This document shows positions 20,910-30,914 of a stretch of 64,000 bases of DNA, in pieces. Within the stretch, counting starts at the first letter, position 1. Every line of letters begins with the position of its first letter. A program made the translations under genes and the position numbers. The stretch covers positions 5,225 to 69,224 of the forward strand of contig JAEUKX010000036.1 of assembly GCA_016794025.1 (NCBI GenBank), in the 5' to 3' direction. The stretch is from Rhodospirillales bacterium. GTDB lineage: Bacteria > Pseudomonadota > Alphaproteobacteria > CACIAM-22H2. The notes beneath the pieces were generated by a model that had not been told where the DNA came from, ran no database searches, and saw only the letters and a list, made by a program, of their open reading frames with translations.

Positions 20910-20992
20910 GGGCGCCGATCTTAAGGACCGGCCGGGGCGAAATAAAGGCACGACCGGTCCGCCGGCACGCGGCCGGCGGACCGGTCGGAATA

Positions 20993-21529
20993 TCAATTGA
21001 CCAGCATTACGGCGCGCCGGTTCTGGCTCCACGCCGCCTCGTTCGAGCCCAGCACCTGCGGGCGCTCCTTGCCATAGGAGACCGTGGTGATCCGGCGAGG
21101 CTCGACGCCAAGCTGAAGAAGCAGATTGCGCGCGGCCGCCGCGCGCCGCTCGCCGAGGGCAAGGTTGTATTCGCGCGTCCCGCGTTCATCGGCATGCCCT
21201 TCGAGGACGACCGACACGCCGGGGTTCTGGCGCAGCCAGCCGGCCCACGCTTCGACCGTGCGGCGCGCGTCGGCGCGCAGATCCGAGCGGTCGGAGTCGT
21301 AGTAGATCCGGTCGCCGATGCGCTGGGCGAGATCTTCCTGGCTTCCCGGACGGATCGCGCCGGGCCCGCCGAGTGCTCCCGACCCCACGCCGGCGCCCGC
21401 GTTGGACGGTGCGTTGGCCACGGCCGGCACGCCGCCCGAGCCGGTCACGCCGCCGGAATTCGACCCCGGCGTGTCGCACGCCGCAAGCAAGGTCAGGGCC
21501 GCGACGGCGGCCAGAAACTTTGTGCGCAT
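20993..21529 (-). CDS. pal: Peptidoglycan-associated lipoprotein Pal (copy adjacent to cpoB)
   Basis: Lipobox LLAAC. OmpA-like domain ending …NRRAVMLVN. GGAGGA RBS. Confidence 0.9.
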   Translation of the reverse strand: MRTKFLAAVAALTLLAACDTPGSNSGGVTGSGGVPAVANAPSNAGAGVGSGALGGPGAIRPGSQEDLAQRIGDRIYYDSDRSDLRADARRTVEAWAGWLRQNPGVSVVLEGHADERGTREYNLALGERRAAAARNLLLQLGVEPRRITTVSYGKERPQVLGSNEAAWSQNRRAVMLVN

Positions 21530-21648
21530 TTTCGTCAGATTCCTCCGGTTGGACGCCGCGCCTTGTCGCCTGCGAATCGGCGCGGAATCAACCTGCAATG
21601 CAAACACGGCGGCGCCGAGACCGGATCGCGGCCGAATTGCGGCGTCGA

Positions 21649-22080
21649 TCAGTCGACCCGGACGACCACGCGGCGCAGCAGGGCCGACGCCCGCTGCGAT
21701 TCCGGCCCGAGAGCGCCTGACGCCTCGGCGCCATAGGACATCGTCTCGATGCGCATCGCAGGCACGCCGTGGCCGGTCAGGAAGTCGCGGACCGCGCCCG
21801 CACGCCGTTCGCCCAGACGGATGTTGTAGGCCGCCGATCCCAGGGCATCGGTGTGACCTTCGATGGTCACGCGCGAGCGCGGGTTGCGCTCGAGGCGCGC
21901 GGGCAGATTCTCGAGAGCGGTCCTCGCCGCCGGCGTCAGCTCGTAGCTGTCCGAATCGAAGAACACGAGATAGACGCGCGGCTCGCTTTCCGGCGGCGGT
22001 GCCGACGCGCAGCCCGCAAGCGTCGCCGCGAGGGCTGCAAGGGAGAATTGGCGGCGCGACAGGCACTGCATGGCGGTCAT
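21649..22080 (-). CDS. OmpA-family lipoprotein
   Basis: Lipobox LAGC. OmpA C-like domain (…EGHTDALGSAAYNIRLGERRA…). Start uncertain (M9 or M12). Confidence 0.75.
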   Translation of the reverse strand: MTAMQCLSRRQFSLAALAATLAGCASAPPPESEPRVYLVFFDSDSYELTPAARTALENLPARLERNPRSRVTIEGHTDALGSAAYNIRLGERRAGAVRDFLTGHGVPAMRIETMSYGAEASGALGPESQRASALLRRVVVRVD

Positions 22081-22099
22081 CCGAAGTGAAAGCGGGGCG

Positions 22100-22143
22100 T
22101 CCACAAAAACAAAGCGCCCGCCCGGTAGGTCCGGACGGGCGCT
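22100..22143 (-). terminator. Rho-independent terminator downstream of pal paralog 2
   Basis: Minus-strand hairpin GCGCCCGTCCGG-accta-CCGGGCGGGCGC followed by TTTGTTTTTGT. Confidence 0.55.
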
Positions 22144-22189
22144 TCGATCACCTTGCGATCGTGCGGCGATAGACGCCGCGCAATCTGGC

Positions 22190-22690
22190 TCAGTTGACCT
22201 GCATCACCGAGCGACGGTTCTGCGACCAAGCCGCCTCGTTCGAGCCGAGGACCGCCGGGCGTTCCTTGCCGTACGAGATCGTCGCCACGCGGCGGGCGTC
22301 GATGCCCTGCGAGACGAGGAAGTTGCGGGCGGCCGTCGCACGACGCTCGCCGAGCGCGATGTTGTACTCGCGCGTGCCGCGCTCGTCGGCATGGCCTTCG
22401 ATCGTGACCGTGTTCTGCGGGTACTGCTTCAGCCAGGCAGCCCAGCGCTCGATCGTGCGGCGGGCTTCCGGACGCAGTTCCGACTTGTCGAAATCGTAGA
22501 AAATGCGATCGCCGACGTTCTTGACCAGATCTTCCTGCGAGCCCGGGCGCGGACCTGCCTGGGTGGCCGGAGCAGCCGCCTGCGGCGCGGCGCCGGCGGA
22601 ACCGCCAGCGGTGCCCGTCGTCGTAGGCTCGGTAGCGCATGCGCCCAGAAGGGCGACCGCGGCGAGCATGCTCATCAGCTTGAAGCGCAT
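22190..22690 (-). CDS. pal: Peptidoglycan-associated lipoprotein Pal paralog (copy nearest tolB)
   Basis: Lipobox LLGAC. OmpA-like domain about 70% identical to the other Pal, ending …NRRSVMQVN. AAGAGGAG RBS. Confidence 0.85.
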   Translation of the reverse strand: MRFKLMSMLAAVALLGACATEPTTTGTAGGSAGAAPQAAAPATQAGPRPGSQEDLVKNVGDRIFYDFDKSELRPEARRTIERWAAWLKQYPQNTVTIEGHADERGTREYNIALGERRATAARNFLVSQGIDARRVATISYGKERPAVLGSNEAAWSQNRRSVMQVN

Positions 22691-22935
22691 TTAATCGAAC
22701 TCCTCTTTCTTCCTACCCACGTCTCGCGATGTGGTGTGACGGTTACAGTTGTGTCTAGCGGTGACGGATCCAGAACCGGTCGCAATGCGATCAACGCGAA
22801 ATGCGCAGGCATAATACGGCAAGGCAGTCGCCGGGCGCATGGGCTGTTTCTCGCAATGCGTGCGCCGATCGAGTGGGCCCGCCTTGGCAAAACCGAGCGG
22901 AATATATCGGCGGAATCCTTACAAATCAAGGTCTG

Positions 22936-24303
22936 TCAAGGCAGTAGCGGGGACCATGCGGGGTCGGACCCATCCGCCGGAGTGAGGATCTCCCGCTCGT
23001 TGTAACCCGTTAGATCAATTGAGAAAAGCCGTGGATTCCCCCCCTGCCCGCGCGTGTCGGTCGGGCCTTGGCGAAAATACATCACTACCCGCCCATTCGG
23101 CGCCCAGGTGGGAGCCTCGACGAGGAAAGCGCGCGTCAGGAGCCGTTCGTCCTGCCCGTTCGGGCGCATGACGCCGATATAGAATTCGCCCTCCGTCTGC
23201 TTCGTGAACGCGATCAGGTCGCCGCGCGGCGACCACACGGGCGTCGAGTATCGCCCCGTCCCGAAGCTGATGCGCTGCACGTTTTCGCCGCCGGAGGTCA
23301 TCGTATAGACCTGCTGCGTGCCGCCGCGATCGGAATTGAACACGATGCGCTGGCCGTCGGGCGAATAGGACGGCGACGTATTGATCGACGGATGGTTCGT
23401 CACGCGCAGCACCTGCCGCGTGCGCAGGTCCATCGAATAGATATCCGTATTTCCCTGTTGCGACATCGACATGATCACGCGGTTTCCGTCCGGCGAGAAG
23501 CGCGGCGCGAAGGTCATGCCGGGAAAATCGCCCACGACTTCGCGCTGGCCGGTGTCGATGTTGTAGAGATAGACGCGCGGACGCAGGATCGTCGGCTTGC
23601 CGGGCGTCGGCACGTAGGCGAGGTACGTGATCTCCTGCGCCGTCGGGGAGAAGCGCGGCGTCAGCACAAGTTCGCGGCCGTCGGTGAGGAAGCGGTGGTT
23701 GAAACCGTCCTGATCCATGATGGCAAGGCGCTTGACGCGCCGCTGCGCCGGGCCCGATTCCGAGATGTAGACGATGCGGGTATCGAAATAACCGTCTTCG
23801 CCCGTGACGCGCTTGTAGACCGCGTCCGATACGATGTGCGCGATGCGCCGCCAGTTGGCGGCAACCGTCGTGTAGACGCGCCCTTCCATCTGGCTTTCGC
23901 CGTAGACATCCCACAGGCGGAACTCGACGCGCAGCCTTCCGTCGCGCTGGGTCTCGACGCCGCCCTGCACGAGCAGGGCCGCGTTCAGGCTGCGCCAGTC
24001 GGGAAAGCGCGGCGGCGCGCTGCGCATCTGCGCGGGCGTCTGGATATAGGCCTTCTGGTCGATCGGCCGGAAAAGCCCGGAACGCTCCAGATTCGCGGCA
24101 ATGACCTTCGCCATCTCGCGCCCGGTCGCCTCGTCCGGCCCCTCGCCGTAGAAATTCGCGACAGCGGTCGGCACGGGATCAACGCGCCCGCGCGTGATGT
24201 CGATGCGGACCTGGGCGGCGGCCGGAACGGCGGCGAGGGCAAGGCTGCCTGCAAACAGGGCGCGGCGCGTGAGCGGGATGCCGGAGGTTTCGATCGTCGT
24301 CAT
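22936..24303 (-). CDS. tolB: Tol-Pal system beta-propeller protein TolB
   Basis: 455 aa, Tat-like signal, N-terminal TolB domain plus WD-like beta-propeller repeats. Confidence 0.95.
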   Translation of the reverse strand: MTTIETSGIPLTRRALFAGSLALAAVPAAAQVRIDITRGRVDPVPTAVANFYGEGPDEATGREMAKVIAANLERSGLFRPIDQKAYIQTPAQMRSAPPRFPDWRSLNAALLVQGGVETQRDGRLRVEFRLWDVYGESQMEGRVYTTVAANWRRIAHIVSDAVYKRVTGEDGYFDTRIVYISESGPAQRRVKRLAIMDQDGFNHRFLTDGRELVLTPRFSPTAQEITYLAYVPTPGKPTILRPRVYLYNIDTGQREVVGDFPGMTFAPRFSPDGNRVIMSMSQQGNTDIYSMDLRTRQVLRVTNHPSINTSPSYSPDGQRIVFNSDRGGTQQVYTMTSGGENVQRISFGTGRYSTPVWSPRGDLIAFTKQTEGEFYIGVMRPNGQDERLLTRAFLVEAPTWAPNGRVVMYFRQGPTDTRGQGGNPRLFSIDLTGYNEREILTPADGSDPAWSPLLP

Positions 24304-24353
24304 GGGCGGGTTTCCATCGGTCCTGGAAGCACGTTTCTAGAACGATTCGGGGG

Positions 24354-25361
24354 TCAGCGTCTTTGGCCGAGCATCTCGCTTGCCTTGAAGGCCAGCGTCA
24401 GGTTGCCGTTCGTCATCTGCTGGCCGCCGTTGCTGGGCATCGGCAGGGGCGACGCGCGCAGGACGGCCCGGCGCGCGCCTTCGGCGAAGGCCTGTCGGAA
24501 TGGGCTGTCGTCGCCGGTCGCGCGCTCGATGCGTACATCCTGCACGGTCCCGTCGGCTAGAACCCACACGCGCAATTCGACCGCGAACGTCTCGACCCCG
24601 CGCGCACCGGCGTCGATGTTCCAGAACTGCGAAACGCGCTGCCGGATCGCATCCGTCTCCGTCATCGAAAGCGGCAGCAGCGGATTGTTCGGCGCGTTCG
24701 ACGCCGCGCGCGCGCTCTGCTGCGGTGCAGGCGCCGGGGTCGCGGCGGCGGCCGGTGCCTGCGGCTTGGGCTTGGTGAGGTCGCGCAGCACGTTGTCGAG
24801 ACTGAACTGCGGCGCCGTCTGGCGAGGTGCCGGCGCTGGTGGCGTGGGCGCAGGTGTCGGCGGCTTGGGCGGCGCTTCGGCCTTTGGCGGTGCGGGCGCC
24901 GGCTTGGGGGCGGGTGCCGGTTCCGGGCGCGGCGTCGGCGCCGGTGCCGGCGGCGGCGGCGCCGGAACGGGTGGTGGCGGCGCCGGAACCGGCGGCGCGG
25001 GTTGCGGTGGCGGCGGTGGTGGCGGTGGGGCCGGCTGCGGCTTCGGCGGCGGCGGGGTCGGCGGGGCCGGCTTTTCGACCGGCGGCGCCTCGGCCTTCGG
25101 TGGGGCAGGTGCCGGCGGGGCCGGCGTCGGCGGCGGCGCGTTCGTGATTGCCGCGATCGGCAGAACCTCGAAGATCATCGGACGTTCTTCGACCGGCAGA
25201 TCGCGCTTCAGCAAATCCGGCAGGCCGAAGACCGCGACCGAGAAGACGGCGACGTGCAGCACGGCCGATGCGGCCATGCCCCAGCGCATGTTCCCGCCCG
25301 CCGGATCCGCCGCGTCGTCGTGTGCCGCGATCGCTCCCACCGCTCCCACCGCTCCCACCAT
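24354..25361 (-). CDS. tolA: TolA (proline-rich periplasmic spanning protein)
   Basis: TM anchor, long PAPPPP-rich linker, C-terminal TolA domain. A start codon abuts the tolR stop; alternative start at 25289 (MRWGMAAS…). Confidence 0.8.
   Translation of the reverse strand: MVGAVGAVGAIAAHDDAADPAGGNMRWGMAASAVLHVAVFSVAVFGLPDLLKRDLPVEERPMIFEVLPIAAITNAPPPTPAPPAPAPPKAEAPPVEKPAPPTPPPPKPQPAPPPPPPPPQPAPPVPAPPPPVPAPPPPAPAPTPRPEPAPAPKPAPAPPKAEAPPKPPTPAPTPPAPAPRQTAPQFSLDNVLRDLTKPKPQAPAAAATPAPAPQQSARAASNAPNNPLLPLSMTETDAIRQRVSQFWNIDAGARGVETFAVELRVWVLADGTVQDVRIERATGDDSPFRQAFAEGARRAVLRASPLPMPSNGGQQMTNGNLTLAFKASEMLGQRR
25332..25359. repeat. Tandem 9-nt repeat (GTGGGAGCG)x3 at the tolA 5' end
   Basis: Three perfect copies read directly, encoding (VGA)3 between the two candidate tolA starts. 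Confidence 0.5.
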
Positions 25362-25832
25362 CTAGCGCCGCGGCGCCTGCTGGCCGGGCCTTGTGCCGCC
25401 GGCCGGGACTTCCGCAACAAGTGCCACCTTGCTGAACCCGGCCGCGGAGATGGCACCCATCACCTCGAGCACGCGGCCATAGTTGATGGCCTTGTCGCCG
25501 CGCACGAAGATCCGCGCGTCGTTGTTGTTGTTCGTGATCGCGCGCAGCCGGGCGATCAGGGTCTCGAGATCGAGTTCGCTGTCCATCAGGTAGACGGCAC
25601 CCGACGAGTTGACGGTCACGACGAGCGGCTCGTCCTGCCCGGTCGCGCGCGCGGCCTGGGTCTGCGGAAGATCGACCTGCACGGTCGATGTCAGCAGCGG
25701 CGCCGTGATCATGAAGATCACGAGCAGCACGAGCATCACGTCGACGAACGGCGTGACGTTGATCTCGGCGACCAGCCGCGAGCCGCGCCTTGCGGACCCC
25801 CGGCGACCGGTCTGCATCAGCGGCCCGGCCAT
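25362..25832 (-). CDS. tolR: TolR (ExbD/TolR family)
   Basis: 156 aa, single TM, ExbD fold. Confidence 0.9.
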   Translation of the reverse strand: MAGPLMQTGRRGSARRGSRLVAEINVTPFVDVMLVLLVIFMITAPLLTSTVQVDLPQTQAARATGQDEPLVVTVNSSGAVYLMDSELDLETLIARLRAITNNNNDARIFVRGDKAINYGRVLEVMGAISAAGFSKVALVAEVPAGGTRPGQQAPRR

Positions 25833-25835
25833 GGC

Positions 25836-26561
25836 TCAGTTCTTCTCCTCGAGCTGGCGCGACAGGATCGCGCCGAACTCGGACGAGAACGTTTCGAGGC
25901 GGCCGGCATAGCGGTTCAGCTCAGTCGAGATCTTGTTGTAAGCGATGACCGCCGGGATCGCCGCGATGAGGCCGAGCGCTGTGGCGAACAGCGCCTCCGC
26001 GAGACCCGGTGCGACCGAGGCGATCGACGTGTTCTTGGTGATGCCGATGGTGTGGAACGACCGCATGATGCCCCAAACCGTGCCGAACAGGCCGATGAAG
26101 GGTGCGGTCGAGCCGACCGAAGCAAGGAACGTCATCTGCCGTTCGAGTCTGTCCATCTCGCGCGAGAGCGTCACCTGCATCACGCGCTCGATGCGCGCCT
26201 GCAGCGAAGCGCGCATCTGCCCGGCGGCGACGAGGCCCTTGGCCGCCGTCCTGCGCCATTCGCGCATCGCCGCGGCGAACATCGCCGTCATCGGATCGCC
26301 CGGCTGGTTGCCCACTCGGTCGTACAGGTCCTCGAGCGAACCGCCCGACCAGAACTGGTCCTCGAACTGGTTGGCGGCCGTGCGCAGCCGGCGCAGGCGC
26401 AGCCACTTGTCGACGACGATCGCCCATGTCCAGAACGACGCGAACAGCAGGATCAGCACGACGATCTGCCCGACGAAGTCCGCGTGCAGGAAGAGCGCCC
26501 AAGGCGTGAAATCCGGCATGCCGGAGCCAGCCAGCGCGGTTGTTTCGACTGTACGATCCAT
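25836..26561 (-). CDS. tolQ: TolQ (MotA/TolQ/ExbB proton channel)
   Basis: 241 aa, three TM segments, conserved TolQ C-terminal half. Confidence 0.95.
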   Translation of the reverse strand: MDRTVETTALAGSGMPDFTPWALFLHADFVGQIVVLILLFASFWTWAIVVDKWLRLRRLRTAANQFEDQFWSGGSLEDLYDRVGNQPGDPMTAMFAAAMREWRRTAAKGLVAAGQMRASLQARIERVMQVTLSREMDRLERQMTFLASVGSTAPFIGLFGTVWGIMRSFHTIGITKNTSIASVAPGLAEALFATALGLIAAIPAVIAYNKISTELNRYAGRLETFSSEFGAILSRQLEEKN

Positions 26562-26590
26562 TTCTCGTTTCCTGGAAAGTTCGGGTTGTC

Positions 26591-27019
26591 TCAGGGTTTC
26601 GTGACGACAATATGGCGCGAAAGTGCTGCTCGGACGGCTTCGGGAATGCGGGTCGGCCGGCCGTCGGCAAGCCGCAGGCAGGCCAGTCGAACGGTCAGCC
26701 GGGCCAGCTCGGCTCGGTCTTCGGCACGGCGCACGGTCTGGATACCGTCGGCCGTGGCGCCGCCGACCTCGATTGTCTCGGATTCGACGATCAGCGCGTC
26801 GTCAAGCCGCGCGGGCCGGATATAGTCGACGCTGACCGAGCGCACCGCGAATGCGACCCCCATCGTCTCGGCCATCTCGCGCTGGACGATGCCGGCTTCG
26901 CGCAGGATTTCGGTACGCGCGCGCTCCGCAAACTTCAGGTAGTTCGCGTAATAGACGATGCCGGCCGCGTCGGTGTCCTCGTAGTAGACGCGCGTGTGGA
27001 AGACATGGGCTGCGTTCAT
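26591..27019 (-). CDS. ybgC: Tol-Pal-associated acyl-CoA thioesterase YbgC
   Basis: 4HBT hot-dog fold (…[19 protein letters not shown]…). ATGA overlap with the ruvB stop. Confidence 0.85.
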   Translation of the reverse strand: MNAAHVFHTRVYYEDTDAAGIVYYANYLKFAERARTEILREAGIVQREMAETMGVAFAVRSVSVDYIRPARLDDALIVESETIEVGGATADGIQTVRRAEDRAELARLTVRLACLRLADGRPTRIPEAVRAALSRHIVVTKP

Positions 27020-28062
27020 TCGTCCGCCTCGTCGTCGCTCGCGGCGAAGTCGAGCTGGACCTGCGCACCGGCGGGCGGGGTGAGGCCGATATGCCGCCAC
27101 CCCTTCTCTCCCAGGACCCGGCCGCGCGGCGTGCGCAGCAGCAGCCCTTCCTGGATCAGGAAGGGCTCGATGACTTCCTCGATCGTGTCGCGCTGTTCGG
27201 CAAGGGCTGCCGCCAGCGTCTCCACGCCCACCGGGCCGCCGCCATAGTTCTCGGCGATGCAGCCCATGTAGCGGCGATCCATTGCGTCGAGCCCCAGCGC
27301 ATCGACCTCCAGCCTGCCGAGTGCCGCGTCCGCCGCCTTGCGGTCGATCTTCGCGACGCCGGCAACGGATGCGAAGTCGCGCACGCGGCGCAGCAGCCGC
27401 CCGGCAATGCGCGGCGTGCCGCGGCAGCGGCGCGCGATCTCGGCGGCCCCGTCGGCGGCGAGCGGGCAGCCAAGCACGCCGGCGGCCCGGCGCACGATCG
27501 CCTCGAGTTCGTCGGGCGAATAGAAGACAAGCCGCAGCGGAATGCCGAACCGGTCGCGCAGCGGGGTCGTCACGAGGCCAGCGCGCGTCGTCGCACCCAC
27601 GAGCGTGAAGGGCGGCAGGTCGATGCGCACGGAACGCGCAGCCGGCCCCTCGCCGATGATGAGGTCGAGCTGGAAATCCTCCATTGCGGGATAGAGGATT
27701 TCCTCGACGGCCGGGGAAAGACGATGGATTTCGTCGATGAACAGCACATCACGCGGCTGCAGATTGGTGAGGAGTGCCGCAAGGTCGCCTGCGCGCGCGA
27801 TGACCGGCCCGGAGGTCGCGCGGAAGCCGACGCCCAGCTCCTTCGCAACAATCTGGGCGAGCGTGGTCTTGCCAAGTCCGGGGGGACCGTGAAGCAGCAC
27901 GTGGTCAAGCGCTTCGCCGCGCGCACGCGCGGCTTCGACGAACACGCGCAGGTTTTCGCGGACCTGGCGCTGGCCCACGAAATCGTCGAGCGACAGCGGC
28001 CGGATCTTCTGCTCGGGCGCGTCCGCCTCGATCGCTTCGCGCGCGACCTCGCGTTCCGGCAT
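27016..28062 (-). CDS. ruvB: Holliday junction branch migration ATPase RuvB
   Basis: Walker [12 protein letters not shown], sensor motifs. 348 aa. Confidence 0.95.
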   Translation of the reverse strand: MPEREVAREAIEADAPEQKIRPLSLDDFVGQRQVRENLRVFVEAARARGEALDHVLLHGPPGLGKTTLAQIVAKELGVGFRATSGPVIARAGDLAALLTNLQPRDVLFIDEIHRLSPAVEEILYPAMEDFQLDLIIGEGPAARSVRIDLPPFTLVGATTRAGLVTTPLRDRFGIPLRLVFYSPDELEAIVRRAAGVLGCPLAADGAAEIARRCRGTPRIAGRLLRRVRDFASVAGVAKIDRKAADAALGRLEVDALGLDAMDRRYMGCIAENYGGGPVGVETLAAALAEQRDTIEEVIEPFLIQEGLLLRTPRGRVLGEKGWRHIGLTPPAGAQVQLDFAASDDEADE

Positions 28063-28079
28063 CTCGGTCTTCGCGCGAC

Positions 28080-28703
28080 TCACGCGCCCAGCTCCTTGAG
28101 GCCGGCGGGAATGAGCGCCTCGACCCGCGCGCCGGCGCCGATCTTCCGTGCCGCCTTGTTGACGGCCGCCACCGCCTCGGCGCGGCGATAACCGAGATTG
28201 ACGAGTGCCGAGACCGCGTCGGCGGCAGCTTCGCTTGCCGGCGCGGCGCCGGCGACCGTTTCGCCGCCAGCGGCCTTCCCCGCGGCGAGCGCAAGACCCA
28301 GCGATGCGACCTTGTCCTTGAGTTCGGAGGCGATGCGCTGGGCGAGCTTCGGCCCGACGCCGTCGGCGCGCGTCAGTGTCGCGCGGTCCTCCGACAGGAT
28401 CGCCGCCGCGATCTCGCCCGGTGCAAGGGCCGAGAGCAACGCCAGAGCGGCTTTCGGGCCCACACCCTGAACGGTCGTGAGCAGCCGGTAGCAATCGCGT
28501 TCCTCGGGTGCGGCGAAGCCGAAAAGCTCGAACGCATCCTCGCGGATGTTCGTTTCGATGTGCAGTAGGCAGGCCTCGCCGATGCCCGGAAGCGCAGCAA
28601 GCGTGCGCGACGATGCGCGCACGAGATATCCAACGCCATTCACGTCGACGATACAGCTGTCCTTCCCGCGCTCGTCGAGCTTGCCACGCAGACGCGCAAT
28701 CAT
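28080..28703 (-). CDS. ruvA: Holliday junction DNA helicase subunit RuvA
   Basis: 207 aa. OB fold N-terminus, paired HhH motifs (GVGPK…), C-terminal RuvB-interacting domain. Confidence 0.9.
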   Translation of the reverse strand: MIARLRGKLDERGKDSCIVDVNGVGYLVRASSRTLAALPGIGEACLLHIETNIREDAFELFGFAAPEERDCYRLLTTVQGVGPKAALALLSALAPGEIAAAILSEDRATLTRADGVGPKLAQRIASELKDKVASLGLALAAGKAAGGETVAGAAPASEAAADAVSALVNLGYRRAEAVAAVNKAARKIGAGARVEALIPAGLKELGA

Positions 28704-29212
28704 CGGGCACCTGCCATGACCGCACCCCGGGCCCAGGCCATGCGGCTGGCCGCGTGGTGCGCGTGGCAGATCGCGATCGCAAGCGCATCGGCAGCGTCGG
28801 GGCCCGCGAATTCCACGCCCGGAAGCAGCCGCCGCACCATCGCCTGAACCTGCGCCTTGTCGGCATGCCCTGCGCCGACGACCGCCTTCTTGACGGCATT
28901 TGCCGCGTATTCGGCAACGGGAAGCCCGCATCGCGCCGGGGCCAGCAGGGCCACGCCGCGCGCCTGCCCGAGCTTCAGCGTCGATGCCGGGTTGACGTTG
29001 ACAAACGTCTCTTCGACCGCCGCCGCCGCCGGCTTCCACCGCTCGATCGCGGCAACCAGCCCGTCATGGAGCTGCACGAGGCGTTCGGCCATCGTCAATT
29101 CCGCCTTGCTCGTCACGCGCCCGTTGGCGACATGCACAAGCCGGTTGCCCTCCGCCTCGATCACGCCCCAGCCGGTCGTCTTCAGGCCGGGATCGATGCC
29201 GATGAGGCGCAT
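28700..29212 (-). CDS. ruvC: Holliday junction resolvase RuvC
   Basis: [17 protein letters not shown]… catalytic D7/E66/D138/D141 pattern. 4-nt overlap with ruvA. Confidence 0.9.
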   Translation of the reverse strand: MRLIGIDPGLKTTGWGVIEAEGNRLVHVANGRVTSKAELTMAERLVQLHDGLVAAIERWKPAAAAVEETFVNVNPASTLKLGQARGVALLAPARCGLPVAEYAANAVKKAVVGAGHADKAQVQAMVRRLLPGVEFAGPDAADALAIAICHAHHAASRMAWARGAVMAGAR

Positions 29213-29218
29213 CGCCGT

Positions 29219-29971
29219 TCAGGCCGCCGAAAGCTTGGCAAGAACGGCGTCGGAGACCTCGAAATTCGCGGTGACGGTCTGGACGTCGTCGTTGTCCTCG
29301 AGCGCTTCGACGAGCGCAATCGTCTCGCGCGCCTTTTCCTCGTCGAGCGGCACGGTCACGTTCGGCCTGAAGACGAGCGCCGCCGATTTCGGCTCGCCGA
29401 ATTTCGCCTCGAGTGCCGTGCGGACGGCCCCGAAATCGTCCGGCGGGCACGTCGCGACATGCTGCTCGGCCGTGCTCTCGACATCCTCGGCACCCGCCTC
29501 GATCGCGGCTTCGAGAAACTCGTCCGCCGTGATCTTGCCGGCCGCGAACGAGATCTGGCCGACGCGCGCGAAGTTAAAGGCGACCGAGTTGGTCTCGCCC
29601 ATCGCCCCGCCATGCTTGGAAAAGATCGTGCGGATGTCCGGCACGGTCCGGTTCTTGTTGTCGGTCATCGCTTCGACGATGATCGCCACCCCGCCGGGCC
29701 CATAGCCTTCGTAGCGCACCTCTTCGTAAACCACGCCGTCTTCCTGGCCCGAGCCGCGGCGGATCGCGCGATCGATCGTGTCCTTCGGCATGTTCTCGTT
29801 GCGCGCCGCGATCATCGCGGCCCGCAGACGCGGGTTGGCCGCCGGATCGGGCGAGCCCGTGCGCGCGGCAACCGTGATTTCACGGATGATCTTGGTGAAT
29901 ACCTTGCCCCGCCTGGCATCCTGCTTGCCCTTGCGGTGCATGATGTTCTTGAACTGGGAATGGCCGGCCAT
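29219..29971 (-). CDS. YebC/PmpR family DNA-binding transcriptional regulator
   Basis: 250 aa beginning [15 protein letters not shown]…. Confidence 0.9.
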   Translation of the reverse strand: MAGHSQFKNIMHRKGKQDARRGKVFTKIIREITVAARTGSPDPAANPRLRAAMIAARNENMPKDTIDRAIRRGSGQEDGVVYEEVRYEGYGPGGVAIIVEAMTDNKNRTVPDIRTIFSKHGGAMGETNSVAFNFARVGQISFAAGKITADEFLEAAIEAGAEDVESTAEQHVATCPPDDFGAVRTALEAKFGEPKSAALVFRPNVTVPLDEEKARETIALVEALEDNDDVQTVTANFEVSDAVLAKLSAA

Positions 29972-30101
29972 CTCGAGACGTCCCGTCGGAATGCAGTCGA
30001 ATCGGCTAGATATAAGGGATTTAGCGCGAAATCTATACCAAACCTAGCGCATCGTCACGTTTTGTTCCCTTCCCAGGCCGAAGCGGCCGGTCGCGGCCTG
30101 C

Positions 30102-30914
30102 CTAGGGCAGCGCCGGGATGAGGCGACCGCCAAGGCGTACCGGCGCGACGCGCGTAGCGAGCCCGTTGTCGGCAATCTCGGCATAGATCGCGCACATCGT
30201 TCCCTCGCCGTCCGCGGGGGTCAGGCGCTCGCCGGGCATCTTGCGCACGAACCGCGCGACGGCCGCCTCCTTCTTCATGCCGATCACCGAATCGTAGTCG
30301 CCGCACATGCCGGCATCGGTCTGGTAACCCGTCCCGCCGGGCAGGATCTGCGCATCTGCCGTCGGCACGTGGCTGTGCGATCCGACGACAAGCGATGCCC
30401 GGCCGTCGCACAGATGCCCGAGCGCGTATTTCTCGCTCGACGCCTCCCCGTGGAGGTCGATCAGGATTGCGGCGTGACCGCCCGGCCCCAGCCTGTGCTG
30501 GGCAAGCAGCGCCTCGATACCCGCGAACGGATCGTCGAGCGGGTCCATGAACAGGCGCGTCATCACGTTGGCCACGAGGATCGTGCGCCCGCCGGCGAGG
30601 CGGTATGCCGCACTGCCCTTGCCCGGCGTGCCCTTGGGGAAGTTCAGCGGACGCAGCAGCTTCGGGTCGCGGTCGATCGTCAGCATCAGTTCGCGCTGGT
30701 CCCACACGTGGTTCCCGGTCGTGATGCAGTCGATGCCCGACGCGTAGAGTTCCGCCGCGATCTTGTCGGTGATGCCGAAGCCCGCGGCCGCGTTTTCACC
30801 GTTCGCCACGACGAAGTCGAGACTCAGCGATTTCCGCAGCTCGGGCAAATGACGGTGCACGGCATCGCGCCCCGACCGCCCGACGATGTCGCCGAGGAAC
30901 AGCAGTCTCACCAT
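30102..30914 (-). CDS. YmdB-like metallophosphoesterase (TIGR00282 family)
   Basis: MVRLLFLGDIVGRSGR… metal-binding GD/GNHE pattern. Confidence 0.8.
   Translation of the reverse strand: MVRLLFLGDIVGRSGRDAVHRHLPELRKSLSLDFVVANGENAAAGFGITDKIAAELYASGIDCITTGNHVWDQRELMLTIDRDPKLLRPLNFPKGTPGKGSAAYRLAGGRTILVANVMTRLFMDPLDDPFAGIEALLAQHRLGPGGHAAILIDLHGEASSEKYALGHLCDGRASLVVGSHSHVPTADAQILPGGTGYQTDAGMCGDYDSVIGMKKEAAVARFVRKMPGERLTPADGEGTMCAIYAEIADNGLATRVAPVRLGGRLIPALP

Noticed and set aside
22691-22840. 49-codon ORF in the tolB/pal-2 spacer ending just before the pal-2 ATG
   Set aside because: GC3 far below that of neighbouring genes (many A/T-ending codons). No RBS.
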